A stretch of 64,000 nt of DNA. Origin: an uncultured delta proteobacterium (GTDB taxonomy: Bacteria; Myxococcota; Myxococcia; Myxococcales; Myxococcaceae). Made by a program: the position numbers and the translations under genes. Where the stretch lies: NCBI GenBank assembly GCA_963776345.1, contig CAVZMH010000022.1, positions 224,001-288,000 on the forward strand, given 5' to 3'. The first letter of the stretch is position 1; the number at the start of each line of letters is the position of its first letter. Positions 20,992-37,281 of the stretch are shown here, one piece after another. A model generated the notes under the pieces. That model searched no databases and was not told the DNA's origin. It was given only the letters and a program-made list of their open reading frames with translations.

Positions 20992-20993
20992 CC

Positions 20994-21281
20994 ATGTCGC
21001 TCACCCTGGAAGAGGTCCGGCACGTGGCCGGGCTGGCCCGGCTCTCGCTCTCCGCCGAGGAGGAGGCGCTGATGCGGACCCAGCTCAGCGCCATCCTCGA
21101 CGCGGTGGCCGAGCTGTCGCGGGTGGACACCTCCAGCGTCGAGCCCACCTCGCACGCCGCGGGCGAGGTCGCTCCGTGGCGCGCCGACGAGGTGCGCCCG
21201 TCGTTCCCGCCGGAGAAGGCGCTGGCCAACGCCCCCGCGAAGGTCGGGACGAGCTTTGCCGTGCCCCGCATCATCGAATAG
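20994..21281 (+). CDS. gatC: Asp/Glu-tRNA amidotransferase subunit C
   Basis: [17 protein letters not shown]...VEPTSH...FAVPRII. Confidence 0.95.
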   Translation: MSLTLEEVRHVAGLARLSLSAEEEALMRTQLSAILDAVAELSRVDTSSVEPTSHAAGEVAPWRADEVRPSFPPEKALANAPAKVGTSFAVPRIIE

Positions 21282-21288
21282 CGACGCG

Positions 21289-22757
<1,469 letters not shown>

Positions 22758-22761
<4 letters not shown>

Positions 22762-24200
22762 GCGTGTCCGACTTCCAGCCGGTCATCGGTCTCGAGGTGC
22801 ACGCGCAGCTCCTCACCCGGAGCAAGATCTTCTGCGGCTGCTCCACCGAGTTCGGCGCGCCGCCCAACGCGCACACCTGCGCGGTGTGCCTGGGCATGCC
22901 CGGCGTGCTCCCGGTGCTCAACGAGAAGGTGGTGGAGTTCGCCGTGCGGACGGGCCGGGCGCTGGAGTGCCGCATCAACCCGGTCAGCATCTGGTCGCGG
23001 AAGAACTACTTCTACCCGGACCTTCCGAAGGGCTACCAGATCAGCCAGTACGATCAGCCGCTCTGCGAGCATGGCGCGCTGGAGATCGACGGTGAGGACG
23101 GCCCGCGGCGGATCCGGATCCGCCGCATCCATCTCGAGGAGGACGCCGGGAAGAACGTCCACGACGCGGGCGGGGGCGAGAGCCTGGTGGACCTCAACCG
23201 CTCGGGCGTGCCGCTGGTGGAGATCGTCAGTGAGCCGGACATCCGCTCCAGCGCCGAGGCCGCCGAGTACATGAAGGCGCTGCGCGACGTGCTGGTCTAC
23301 CTGGGGGTCAACGACGGCAACCTGGAGGAGGGCAGCTTCCGCTGCGACGCCAACGTCTCGGTGATGCGCAAGGGCGCGACCCAGTACGGGCAGCGGGCGG
23401 AGCTGAAGAACATCAACTCCTTCCGCTTCGTGCAGAAGGCCATCGACTACGAGATCGGCCGGCAAGTGGAGCTGATCGAGTCCGGCGGGAAGGTGGCCCA
23501 GGAGACCCGGCTGTTCGACGCCGTCCGGGGCGAGACGCGGAGCATGCGCAGCAAGGAAGAGGCGCACGACTACCGCTACTTCCCCGAGCCCGATCTCCCG
23601 CCGCTGCGCATCCCGGCGGGGTACGTCGAGCGCATCGAGCGCGACCTGCCCGAGCTGCCGCGGGCCAGGCTGCACCGGTTCACGGCGAGCTACGGGCTCC
23701 CGGCCTACGACGCGAAGATCCTGGTCGGCGACCGGGCGCTGGCGGACTTCTTCGAGAAGGTGCAGTCCGCGTACGGCGGGCCGGCGAAGAAGCTGGCCAA
23801 CTGGTTCACCGGCGAGCTGCTCCGGCTCCTCAGGGAGGAGTCGACCGAGCTGGGGGCGCTGAAGTTCTCGCCCGATCAGTTCGCGGCGTTGCTCAAGCTG
23901 GTCGACGCAGGGGAGCTGTCGAACAACGCGGCGAAGGACGTGTTCGCCGAGATGTTCCGCTCGGGCCGCGCGCCCAAGGACATCGCCCAGGAGAAGGGGC
24001 TGAGCCAGGTCCAGGACTCGGGCGCCGTGGAGGCGGCAGTGGATGCCGTGCTGGTGGCGAACCCCGGCGAGGTGGAGAAGTACCGGGCCGGCAAGAAGCA
24101 AGTGCTCGGATTCCTGGTGGGCCAGGTGATGAAGGCGATGAAGGGGAAGGGGAACCCCGCCCTGGTGAACGCCGCGCTGAAATCCAAGCTCGGCGACTGA
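22758..24200 (+). CDS. gatB: Asp/Glu-tRNA amidotransferase subunit B
   Basis: [36 protein letters not shown]. Confidence 0.97.
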
Positions 24201-24232
24201 CGCCCGGAGGGGAAAGCGGGCGTCAGTCGCCG
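24191..24232. terminator. 16-bp perfect inverted repeat between convergent genes
   Basis: CGGCGACTGACGCCCG / CGGGCGTCAGTCGCCG; no U-tract. Confidence 0.55.
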
Positions 24233-24262
24233 CCGGGGCGCGTGTCCGGCGCGCGCCCTCGG

Positions 24263-24619
24263 CTACTTGTGGAAGGCGAACTGGTGGGTGTGGACGTGGC
24301 CCGGCGTCTCGTCCTCGGACGTGGTCTTGGTGACCGTGTTCCCGGCCTGGATCGAATCGAGGTCGGCCTCCGTCAGGGAGACCGTGTGGGTGTGACTCTG
24401 GTCGAGAGAGGTCGTCTTGGTCGCTCCCCCGACGGGCGGAGCGCTGATGTCGGTCAGCAGCAGGCTCGCCGTATGGGTGTGGCCGTCGTCGGAGGACGAG
24501 GTGAAGGACAGCGAGTTGGGGTTGCCCCCGCTGTCGCTGCCGCAAGCCATCAGGATCCGAGAGGCGGGGATGGCGAGGAGGATCCCCCCGATCCGGAAGA
24601 TGACCTCACGACGATTCAT
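24263..24619 (-). CDS. Small Tat-type lipoprotein with three HxH motifs, putative metal-binding
   Basis: MNRREVI...LMAC; GHTHT, SHTHT and HVHTHQ repeats. Confidence 0.7.
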   Translation of the reverse strand: MNRREVIFRIGGILLAIPASRILMACGSDSGGNPNSLSFTSSSDDGHTHTASLLLTDISAPPVGGATKTTSLDQSHTHTVSLTEADLDSIQAGNTVTKTTSEDETPGHVHTHQFAFHK

Positions 24620-24787
24620 CGAGAGCATGTCCGGAGGACCCTGGACGTGCCGAACGTTGCGAAGCGGCGGTGGGTTGCCGGGTTCTGGACCCCGCGGGGC
24701 GAGCGTGTCCGCCAGTCGGCTCCGCCTTGACTTCCGGGGGGTTGCGGGCTATCCGTCCGGCCCTTTCACACCAGGGGCAGGTCCAAG

Positions 24788-25096
24788 ATGTACGCAGTCA
24801 TCCGCACCGGCGGCAAGCAGTACCGCGTGGCCGAGGGCGACGTGGTCCGCATCGAGAAGGTTCCCGGCGAGGTCGGCAGCGAGGTCACCTTCGCCGAGGT
24901 GCTCTGGCTGGGCGGGACGGAGTCCCCCAAGGCCGGCCGCCCGCTCGTCAGCGGGGCCAAGGTGGTGGGGAAGATCCTCGCCCAGGACAAGTACCGCCGC
25001 GTCCTGCACTTCCGGAAGGAGAAGGAAGGCTGGACGCGGAGCAGGGGGCACCGGCAGCCCTACACCGAAGTGAAGGTCGTCTCGGTCGCGGGCTGA
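24788..25096 (+). CDS. rplU: 50S ribosomal protein bL21
   Basis: [14 protein letters not shown]...GHRQPYT. Confidence 0.98.
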   Translation: MYAVIRTGGKQYRVAEGDVVRIEKVPGEVGSEVTFAEVLWLGGTESPKAGRPLVSGAKVVGKILAQDKYRRVLHFRKEKEGWTRSRGHRQPYTEVKVVSVAG

Positions 25097-25121
25097 ACCG
25101 CCGGCCGCTAGGAATCACACC

Positions 25122-27522
<2,401 letters not shown>

Positions 27523-27625
27523 GCCGCGCGGGCCCGAAGCCGATGCCCTCGGAATGCATGTCTCCGGCAGGATGACACGCACTCCGAAGGCATCCGTGCC
27601 GTCCTTCACGGACTGCTCAGCCGGC

Positions 27626-28573
27626 TCAGCCGACGATCGGGGCGAGAGCCTTGGTCACTCGCTCAACCTGTGCCGGGGTGATCATCCCGGTGAGCAGCTT
27701 GAGGAAGCGCGGGTGCTGCGCGCCGGAGATGATGTACTGCCAGCGGTAGGCGCGGAGCACCCGGTCGGAGAGCTGCGCGACCTGCCCGGCGTCGAAGCTG
27801 CCCTCGGCGATCTTCCGGAAGTACGACACGTCGGCCGCCGCCTGCGCCTGGAGGATGCCGTCCACCGCGCCGACCAGGGCGATGAAGTCGTCGACGGCGC
27901 GGTCGCGCTCGGCAGGCGTGAGGGTCCGATCCGCCCGGGTCCACTCCAGCTCGTCGAGGATCGCGTGCTGCGACTCGTCCTTCCAGTGGAACAGGAACAC
28001 GTCCTTGTACAGCGGGGAGACGGACGCGTCGGGCTGGATGGACTCGAGGTAGTGGGCCTGGACGAAGAGCTCGATGTGGCAGGTGAGGGCCAGCACCGCC
28101 CAGGTCGACTTGCCGAGGACCACCGAGGCCACCTCGTCCGGGTTCGGGACGAAGGCGTAGCCCTCCGGCATCCTCTCGCCGATCATCTTCTCGATCCGGC
28201 GGAACATCTCCTGGTGCTTCAGCTCCTCCTGGCTGAATCCCACCAGCGCCTCGAGCGCCACCTGGTCCCCCAGCCAGTACCCGCGGGAGAGCTCCAGCAC
28301 CTTGGCATTGATGAACCGCTCCACCAGACCGAAGACGTTGGCGTAGGTGCGGCCCTGGATCTGGCTCAGCAGCCGGCGGTCACCGGCGCCGAGAAACTCG
28401 AGCCGGCTCACCATCGAGAGCCCGTCGGGCAGGAAGTGGCCGGAGAAGTCGAACTCCCGTCCCCGGAACACGTCCCGGTCGACGTCCCAGCGGACGCGGC
28501 GGGAGTTCTCGATGCAGCGGGCGTAACGGCGATCGGCGGTCGACTCGATGAGGGTATGCGCTTCGGTCTGCAT
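27626..28573 (-). CDS. Ferritin-like/diiron-carboxylate protein
   Basis: Paired ExxH motifs (QEELKH, DESQH) plus VE and HIE ligand candidates. Confidence 0.75.
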   Translation of the reverse strand: MQTEAHTLIESTADRRYARCIENSRRVRWDVDRDVFRGREFDFSGHFLPDGLSMVSRLEFLGAGDRRLLSQIQGRTYANVFGLVERFINAKVLELSRGYWLGDQVALEALVGFSQEELKHQEMFRRIEKMIGERMPEGYAFVPNPDEVASVVLGKSTWAVLALTCHIELFVQAHYLESIQPDASVSPLYKDVFLFHWKDESQHAILDELEWTRADRTLTPAERDRAVDDFIALVGAVDGILQAQAAADVSYFRKIAEGSFDAGQVAQLSDRVLRAYRWQYIISGAQHPRFLKLLTGMITPAQVERVTKALAPIVG

Positions 28574-28632
28574 GCTCTTCCTTCTTGTGTGGGTTGGCGC
28601 GCGGCAGGAGCGCCGGCGTGGCGCCACCGAAG

Positions 28633-28648
28633 AGCAGTGGACGTGCCA
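28633..28648 (-). promoter_or_regulatory. Sigma-54 (-24/-12) promoter for the ferritin-like gene
   Basis: Minus strand TGGCACGTCCACTGCT against consensus TGGCACG-N4-TTGCW (one mismatch), about 60 nt upstream of the ATG. Confidence 0.8.
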
Positions 28649-28702
28649 TGGGGTGGCGAGCCGGAAGTCCTCGATTTCCGGCCGGCAGCCGTCCCGGGCC
28701 CG

Positions 28703-28735
28703 TCACGAGATCTCGCCGCTTCACGAGATCTCGTG
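28703..28735. promoter_or_regulatory. Tandem palindromic upstream activator sites
   Basis: TCACGAGATCTCG twice, 18 bp apart; the second extends to the perfect palindrome CACGAGATCTCGTG. Confidence 0.7.
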
Positions 28736-28793
28736 GCGAGGCGTTGCGTCCCGGTCAACGAGACCGCGAGTGATGCGCCGCTCCGGCGCTCGC

Positions 28794-30719
<1,926 letters not shown>

Positions 30720-30787
30720 GGTTGCATACTGCCACGGGCCCGCGCGGGGAGGCCACCCGCGCAAGGCCGGGCGCTCGAGGGGCACGG

Positions 30788-31360
30788 CTACATCTTCTTG
30801 CAGTGGTCCTCGCCCATCTTCTGCCAGGCGCCCTTGTTGTCGATCTCGCTCACCACGGTCATCTCTTTCGAACCCTTGCGGGTGACGGTGGTCCGGGTCT
30901 TGGCGGGCTGCCCCATCATCGCCCCCTCCTCCGCCCAGACCACGGTATCGACCTTCTGCCCATCCGAGGTTCCTGACCAGGTGCTGCCCACGTTGTCGAA
31001 GCCGAACTCGACCAGCTTGCCCTTCGCATCGTCCCAGCCCCAGTGGATGTGGCCCTTCATGCCGGCAGGCATCGCGGCGTTCTTCTCCATCTTGAAGCTG
31101 CCGGAGTAGGCGAAACCGTCCAGCTCGGGCGCGATCTTCATCTCGGACTTGGTCTTGATCTGCGTTCCGGGTGACTGCGGGTTGTCCATGCTCCCCGTGC
31201 AGCTCCAGGTTCCGCTCAGGTCCTTGAAGGCCTCGACCAGGGCGGGATTGGGCTTGGGCTGGGGCGGTTTGGCTGGCGCGGCGGACTTTCCAGACTCCTG
31301 GGCGAGAGCAGGAACGGAGAGGGCGAAGGCGAGAACGGCGAGGCGACGGGTCAGACCCAT
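30788..31360 (-). CDS. Exported beta-rich protein (DUF1579-like)
   Basis: Signal peptide; LSGTWSCTG...WGWD...FDNVG. Confidence 0.65.
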   Translation of the reverse strand: MGLTRRLAVLAFALSVPALAQESGKSAAPAKPPQPKPNPALVEAFKDLSGTWSCTGSMDNPQSPGTQIKTKSEMKIAPELDGFAYSGSFKMEKNAAMPAGMKGHIHWGWDDAKGKLVEFGFDNVGSTWSGTSDGQKVDTVVWAEEGAMMGQPAKTRTTVTRKGSKEMTVVSEIDNKGAWQKMGEDHCKKM

Positions 31361-31474
31361 GACTTCCTCCTGGCGGTGAAAGCGTGGAGAGGCTGCCACT
31401 CCCGCGGCCGGCCGGGAACTGAATCCCGGTCCGGGACTGGACGTCGGAGCCTCTGCATGGCACGGCTGCACTCC

Positions 31475-32131
31475 ATGTCACTGTTCCCCTTGCTCCTCGT
31501 GGTCGCCGCCGCCCCCGCCACCGCCGCGGAGCGTCCGATGGCGCCCGAGGTCAAGGCGCTGGTGGAGCGGATGCAGGGCTTCTACGAGCGCACCCAGGAC
31601 TTCACCGCCGACTTCAGGCAGGAGTACCTCTACAAGACGTTCAACCGGACCGTGGTCTCGACCGGGACGGTTGCCTTCCAGAAGCCGGCGAAGATGCGCT
31701 GGGAGTACCTGACGCCCTCGAAGCGGACCTTCGTCCTCTCCGGGGAGCGGATCTACGCGCTGGACCCCGAGGCGCAGACCCTCACCAAGGCCGCGCTTCC
31801 CACCAGCCAGCTCTCGGCGTCGGTGACGTTTCTCTGGGGAAAGGGGAAGCTCGCCGACGAGTTCGACATCTCGCGGACGGAGTGCAAGGAATGCCTGGGC
31901 ACGCTGCTCACCCTGGTGCCGAAGAAGCCCGACGCGCGCTTCCGCGAGGTCCAGCTGGACATCGATCCGAAGACTGCCCAGGTCCGCCGGAGCATCGTCA
32001 TCGATCCGGATGGCAGCCGGAACGCGATCACTTTCTCCGGCCTCAAGATGAACGTGGGCCTGCCGAAGGACACCTTCCAGCTCACGCCTCCCCCGGGCAC
32101 GCAGATCATCGACACCACCGCGGCCCGGTGA
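31475..32131 (+). CDS. lolA: Outer-membrane lipoprotein carrier LolA
   Basis: Signal peptide; FTADFRQE...GTVAFQKPAKMRWEY; FQLTPPPGT. Confidence 0.9.
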   Translation: MSLFPLLLVVAAAPATAAERPMAPEVKALVERMQGFYERTQDFTADFRQEYLYKTFNRTVVSTGTVAFQKPAKMRWEYLTPSKRTFVLSGERIYALDPEAQTLTKAALPTSQLSASVTFLWGKGKLADEFDISRTECKECLGTLLTLVPKKPDARFREVQLDIDPKTAQVRRSIVIDPDGSRNAITFSGLKMNVGLPKDTFQLTPPPGTQIIDTTAAR

Positions 32132-33018
32132 GGCGAGCCGGGGGACTCTGCGCGCTCCTGGCGCTCGTGGTGGGGGCGGGCTGCGCCCACGGCGGCTCCG
32201 CGGGCGCGGGGCCGACGGTGAAGCTCGCCCTGCGGTCCGGCCCGGGGCTCCCGGTCGAGGGGACCGTCGGTGGCGCGAGCGCGGACATCCGGCTGGCGCT
32301 CGAGGAGCCGCGGTCGCTGCTCTCGGCACGTTGCCTCGGGACCACCCCCTCGACCGAGGTGCAGGTCCGGCGGCCGTTGCTCCAGGGCGGATGGGAGACG
32401 GTGCCGGAGATTCCCCTCACCGGGGTGACCCTCGGCTCGCATCCGCTCCCACCCTTCCGGGCGGCGGTGGTCCCCGAGTCGAGCTGCATCCTCTGGCTCG
32501 GGCTGGACGTGCTCGGGCGGTCGGTGCTGGACGTGGACCTGGACGCCCGCACGGTCCTGGTCAGCCGTGCGGCCCCGGAGCTTCCGGCGAGCCTCGAGCA
32601 GACCCAGGTGGAGGTCACCCGCGCGCCCGACACCGACCGCCTGCTCGCCGCGGTGCAGCTGACCGGCACCGCGGCCACCGTGCTGCAGACGCTGGTCCTC
32701 GCCACGGGCCGCTCGACGGAGCTCGCCCGGCTCCAGGCCCGCCTGCTCGGGGCGGAGAGCGTCCTGCGCGCAGTGCAGCTCGCCCCGGGATGGGAGGCCT
32801 GCGACGTTCCGGTCCGCAACCGGACCGACTGGACGCGCACGCCCGCCATCGGCGCGCTCGGGCCGGAGGGGTGGGGCGCGCAGCGGGTGATCATCGACCT
32901 CGCGAACGCCCGGATGACGCTGGTCCGTCCGAAGGGCGCTCCGGCGCCGCCGTGCAGGCGGACGGAGGATGCGGCCACCGGGGCCGCACCCGGAGCGGGC
33001 GAGCGCGAGCCGCGCTGA
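32128..33018 (+). CDS. Lipoprotein with two degenerate retropepsin-like repeats
   Basis: GAG-C lipobox; LGLDVL..VLDVDL and LATG...GALG..RVIIDL patterns; GTGA overlap with lolA. Confidence 0.6.
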   Translation: MRRAGGLCALLALVVGAGCAHGGSAGAGPTVKLALRSGPGLPVEGTVGGASADIRLALEEPRSLLSARCLGTTPSTEVQVRRPLLQGGWETVPEIPLTGVTLGSHPLPPFRAAVVPESSCILWLGLDVLGRSVLDVDLDARTVLVSRAAPELPASLEQTQVEVTRAPDTDRLLAAVQLTGTAATVLQTLVLATGRSTELARLQARLLGAESVLRAVQLAPGWEACDVPVRNRTDWTRTPAIGALGPEGWGAQRVIIDLANARMTLVRPKGAPAPPCRRTEDAATGAAPGAGEREPR

Positions 33019-33042
33019 CCCCAGGCCCCGCCCAGCGGAGGC

Positions 33043-34407
33043 TCAGGCCGTCGCGAGCGTCTTGCGCTCGGGCCGGTCCACCACCCGGCCCACCAGGTCG
33101 TAGTCGTGGGCCTCGGTCACCTCGACCGTCACGAACTCGCCCGGGTAGCCGAACCCGTCGTTGATGTAGACCACCCCGTCGATGTCCGGCGCCTGGCCCT
33201 CGTGGCGGCCGACCAGCAGATGCTCCGACTCCGGGCTCGGGCCCTCCACCAGCACCTCCAGCCGCTTGCCGATCAGCGCGCGGTTCTGCTCGCGGTTGAT
33301 CCGCTTCTGGACGGCCATGATCTCCCGCCACCGCCGCTCGATGACCTTCGGCGGCACCTTGTCCGGGAAGTCGTAGGCCGCGGTGCCTTCCTCGTCCGAG
33401 TACTGGAAGCAGCCCATCCGCTCGAAGCGCTGGGTGCGGACGAACTCCTTGAGGAGCTCGAAGTCCTCCTCGGTCTCGCCCGGTAGCCCGGCGATCAGCG
33501 AGGTGCGGAAGGTCAGCCCCGGGATGCGCGCCCGGAGCTTGGCCAGGAGCGCGACCAGGAAGGCGCTTTCGCGCCCGCGGCGCATCGAGCGCAGCAGCCG
33601 GTCCGAGGCGTGCTGGAGCGGCATGTCCAGGTACTTGGCGATCTTCGGCTCGCGGGCCATCACCTCGATCAGCGCGTCGGGGAACACCCGCGGGTAGGCG
33701 TAGTGCAGGCGGATCCACCGCACGTCCACCGTGCACAGCGCCTCGAGCAGCGTGTGCAGCTGCGGGCGCCCGGGCAGATCGTGCCCGTACGCGGTCAGGT
33801 CCTGGGCCACAAGATTCAGCTCGCGGACGCCGCTCGCCGCCAGGGTCCGGGCCTCGGCGACCAGATCCTCGATGGGGCGGGACCGCTGCGCGCCGCGGAG
33901 GGTGGGGATGATGCAGAAGGCGCAGGCGTTGTCACAGCCCTCGGAGATCTTGAGGTACGCGGTCCACCTCGGGCTGGAGTTGACCTTCGGCGTCCGGGCG
34001 TCGTGGACGTAGTGCGGATCGGGGATGACCTGCCGGGGCGCGGCCTCGGCGGCGAGCAGGTCGCCGATCTGCACGTAGGCGCCGGTCCCGAGGAAGTGGT
34101 CGACCTCGGGCATCTCCTTCGCCAGCTCGGGGCCGTACCGCTGCGACAGGCACCCGGTGACCACCAGGGTGCTGCACCGGCCGGTCTTCTTGTACTCGGC
34201 CAGCTCGAGGATGGTGTCGACCGACTCCTGCTTGGCCGGGCCGATGAACGCGCAGGTGTTCACCACGATGACCGAGGCCTCGGCCGGGCTCTCCACCAGG
34301 GTGTAGCCGCGGGCGCCCAGCGTCCCCAGCATCACCTCCGAGTCCACCCGGTTCTTCGGGCAGCCCAGGGTGGCCATGTACAGCGCCTTGTTCTCGTGTG
34401 TGCTCAC
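33043..34407 (-). CDS. rimO: Ribosomal protein S12 methylthiotransferase RimO
   Basis: [29 protein letters not shown] domain QAPDIDG. Confidence 0.96.
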   Translation of the reverse strand: MSTHENKALYMATLGCPKNRVDSEVMLGTLGARGYTLVESPAEASVIVVNTCAFIGPAKQESVDTILELAEYKKTGRCSTLVVTGCLSQRYGPELAKEMPEVDHFLGTGAYVQIGDLLAAEAAPRQVIPDPHYVHDARTPKVNSSPRWTAYLKISEGCDNACAFCIIPTLRGAQRSRPIEDLVAEARTLAASGVRELNLVAQDLTAYGHDLPGRPQLHTLLEALCTVDVRWIRLHYAYPRVFPDALIEVMAREPKIAKYLDMPLQHASDRLLRSMRRGRESAFLVALLAKLRARIPGLTFRTSLIAGLPGETEEDFELLKEFVRTQRFERMGCFQYSDEEGTAAYDFPDKVPPKVIERRWREIMAVQKRINREQNRALIGKRLEVLVEGPSPESEHLLVGRHEGQAPDIDGVVYINDGFGYPGEFVTVEVTEAHDYDLVGRVVDRPERKTLATA

Positions 34408-35489
34408 AGAAGTCCGTACTCGACGCGTTCGAAGTGGTCCCGGTCCCAGGTGAAGCGGACCGTGGCGCCGCTGGAATAACCGACCGAGAGCTCGCCGTCC
34501 TCACCGAGTGACACCGACAGCGCCCTGCCCAGGGCGCAGCTCATCGCCGGCCAGTCCAGCACCCGTTCCCCCACCCGGCCCCGGACCCAGAACACCGCCA
34601 GCCGCATCTCCCGCTCCGGGGCGCAGCTCTCGTCCTGGACGAACGGATCCTGGCCGGTGAGGACCGCGAGCAGCGACTTGCCGTCCGGGAGCTGCATGCG
34701 CGAGGGCACGTAGACCCGCTCCGCGACCGGGTCCACCGGGGCGTCCGAGACCAGCACCCGGAGCGATTGCTCGTTCAGCGGCCGGTCGCCCAGGACCCAC
34801 TTCGGGTCCACCTGGCCGTTGTAGCCCACCCAGCCGCCCGGACGGCCCTCGACGGTCTGCACCTCGGCCGGCGGGCGGGGGTGGAGCCCCCGCCGGAATC
34901 CGGCCGGCAGCGCCAGCAGCTCGGGCGGCGGCGCGCCGGTGACGCAGGTGGAGATCTCCTTCGCCGCCTGCGCGGGGTCGTCGACGTCCTCGTAGGAGAG
35001 GCACAGCTCCAGCACCAGCGCGTCACGGGCGGGGAACCGGGGCAGTGCCCGCGCCGGAATCGCCACCTCCAGCGACATCCCCCTGCGCGTGTGGTGCACC
35101 GCGGCGTCGACCAGGGCCAGCGTCCCGGCGCTCACCCCGTCCTCCGGGCGCGGGTCCAGCTTCCCCCCGGGGCCGAAGCGGAAGACCGAGCCTCCGGCGG
35201 TGACGCCGGCCTCGGGGAAGTGCAGCGCCAGGCTCACCCGGTCACGGTCGGTGATGGCCTCGTCCTGCACCTCGAGCGCGACGTAGAGGGTGTCCCGGAA
35301 CGCGCCCAGCCGGGCGGTGACGCTGGCGCTCGGGCCCTCCAGCGGCTTGCCGGTCAGCGGCACCCCACCACGAAAGTCTCCCAGCTTCCCGTCCACCTTG
35401 GGGCTCCGGGCGAGCTCGGGGACGGAGCGTGGGGGAGGTGGCTCGTCGGGGGCAGCGAGCAGGAGCGTGCTGAGGAGGAACGGCAGCAT
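34404..35489 (-). CDS. Exported hypothetical protein, CBM9/DOMON-like N-terminal region
   Basis: Signal peptide; [10 protein letters not shown]...LYVALEVQD...LEVAIP. Confidence 0.6.
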   Translation of the reverse strand: MLPFLLSTLLLAAPDEPPPPRSVPELARSPKVDGKLGDFRGGVPLTGKPLEGPSASVTARLGAFRDTLYVALEVQDEAITDRDRVSLALHFPEAGVTAGGSVFRFGPGGKLDPRPEDGVSAGTLALVDAAVHHTRRGMSLEVAIPARALPRFPARDALVLELCLSYEDVDDPAQAAKEISTCVTGAPPPELLALPAGFRRGLHPRPPAEVQTVEGRPGGWVGYNGQVDPKWVLGDRPLNEQSLRVLVSDAPVDPVAERVYVPSRMQLPDGKSLLAVLTGQDPFVQDESCAPEREMRLAVFWVRGRVGERVLDWPAMSCALGRALSVSLGEDGELSVGYSSGATVRFTWDRDHFERVEYGLL

Positions 35490-35633
35490 CGGGAGAGCCA
35501 CGGACCCGGGTGGCCAGGGCGCGGGGGTCATACCAGAGCGGGCCTCCCGGGTGGTCTCCGGCCTGCCCGGCGAGGTGCTTGGCCGGCCGCCGGCCGGGGG
35601 TTGTCCACACCCTGGGGCGCTCGGTTTCCGCCA

Positions 35634-37277
35634 TCAGACCCGGACGAGGATCGGGAGGATCAGCGGCCGGCGGGCCGCCCGCTCCCGGAACACCTGCCGG
35701 GTCACGCGGACCAGCGCCTCGCGGAGGAACGCATCGTCCCGGCGCACCGCGGGGCTCAGCTCCTCCAGGAGGGGAACGAGGTCGAGGGCCGCCGACTCGA
35801 GCACCCGTTCCTCGTCGCGGGTCAGCCCCCGTCCAACGAGCTGGGGCAGCCCGAGGTACGCCCCGGTGTCGCGCGAGACGGTCACCGCCACCGCCACCAC
35901 GCCGCTCCGGGCGAGCCGGTTCCGCGCCGAGAGCGACTCGGGCGCGATGTCGCCACCCCCGGCCCGGCTCTCGAAGATCCGCCCCACGTGCGCCTTGCCC
36001 CAGAACGCGCCCTGGCCGCGGGAGAATCCGAGCACGTCGCCGTCCCGGGCGAGGAAGCACTGCTCGGCGGCCAGCCCCGCGCTGTGGGCGAGTTCCAGGT
36101 GCGCGGTGAGCTGGCGGAGCTCGCCGTGGATGGGGACGAAGTGCCGGGGACGCACTGCCTCCAGCATCCGCCGCTGCTGCGCCCGCGCCGCGTGCCCGGA
36201 CACGTGCAGCCCGGGCTCGATGCCGGCGTGGAGCACCCGGGCGCCCGCGGCGAGCATCGCGTTGATGAGGACGCTCACCGCCCGCTCGTTGCCGGGGATG
36301 GGGCGCGAGCTGAGGAGCACCGTGTCGCCCCGCTCGATGCGCAGCCTCTCGGCCTCGGGCTGGAGGAGCTGGGACAGCGCCGCCCGCGGCTCGCCCTGCG
36401 CGCCGGTGGCGAGGATGCACACGTGGTGGGGGAGGAGCCCGTCCGCCTCCTCCACCGAGCAGAGCAGGCCCTCCGGCACCTCCAGCCGTCCCGCCCGGCG
36501 GGCGGCCTCCACGTTCCGCTCCAGGCTCCGGCCGGCGAGCACCAGCCGGCGACCGGTGCGGTGACAGATGTGGATGACTTGCTGCACCCGGTGCAGGTGC
36601 GAGGCGAAGAGGCCCACCAGCACCCGGCCACCGGCCTGTGGAATCAGCCGCTCCAGCGTCTCGGCGACGACCCGCTCGGGCGGGGTCTCACCCTCCACCT
36701 CGGCGTTGGTCGAGTCGCTCAGGAGGCACAGCGCCTCGCCCTCGGCGAGCGCCTCCAGCCGGTCGAGGTCGGTGGGCCGCCCGTCGAGCGGGGTCTGGTC
36801 GAGCTTGAAGTCCCCGGTGTGCACCAGGGTTCCCTCGGGCGTGCGGAGCAGGAAGCCCACCGCGTCGGGGATGGAGTGGGCGACCCGGAACGCTTCCACC
36901 TCGAAGGCCGGGGTCGGGTGGAAGGGCTCGCCGGGGAGGATCTCCCGCAGGTCGGCGTGCACCTCCATCTGGTCGAGGCGCTCGGCCACCAGGGCCAGGG
37001 TGAGCCGGGTGCCGTAGACCGGGACCAGGCGCTCGCGGAGCAGGAAGGGCAGCGCGCCGATGTGGTCCTCGTGGGCGTGGGTGAGGAGCACCGCGCCGAG
37101 CTGCGCCGCCGCGTCCCGGAGGTAGCTGAAGTCCGGGATGATCAGCTCCACCCCGGGCAGCTCGGGCGGGGGGAAGAGCAGACCGGCGTCGACGAGCAGC
37201 AGCTCGTTCTGGCACTCGAAGACCATCGAGTTCAGGCCGATCTCGCCTAGTCCGCCGAGGGGAATGACGCGCAGCAC
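35634..37277 (-). CDS. rnj: Ribonuclease J
   Basis: IPLGGLGEIGLN, THAHEDHIG, HTGDFK, HVSGH, PIHGE. Confidence 0.95.
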   Translation of the reverse strand: MLRVIPLGGLGEIGLNSMVFECQNELLLVDAGLLFPPPELPGVELIIPDFSYLRDAAAQLGAVLLTHAHEDHIGALPFLLRERLVPVYGTRLTLALVAERLDQMEVHADLREILPGEPFHPTPAFEVEAFRVAHSIPDAVGFLLRTPEGTLVHTGDFKLDQTPLDGRPTDLDRLEALAEGEALCLLSDSTNAEVEGETPPERVVAETLERLIPQAGGRVLVGLFASHLHRVQQVIHICHRTGRRLVLAGRSLERNVEAARRAGRLEVPEGLLCSVEEADGLLPHHVCILATGAQGEPRAALSQLLQPEAERLRIERGDTVLLSSRPIPGNERAVSVLINAMLAAGARVLHAGIEPGLHVSGHAARAQQRRMLEAVRPRHFVPIHGELRQLTAHLELAHSAGLAAEQCFLARDGDVLGFSRGQGAFWGKAHVGRIFESRAGGGDIAPESLSARNRLARSGVVAVAVTVSRDTGAYLGLPQLVGRGLTRDEERVLESAALDLVPLLEELSPAVRRDDAFLREALVRVTRQVFRERAARRPLILPILVRV

Positions 37278-37281
37278 GGGG

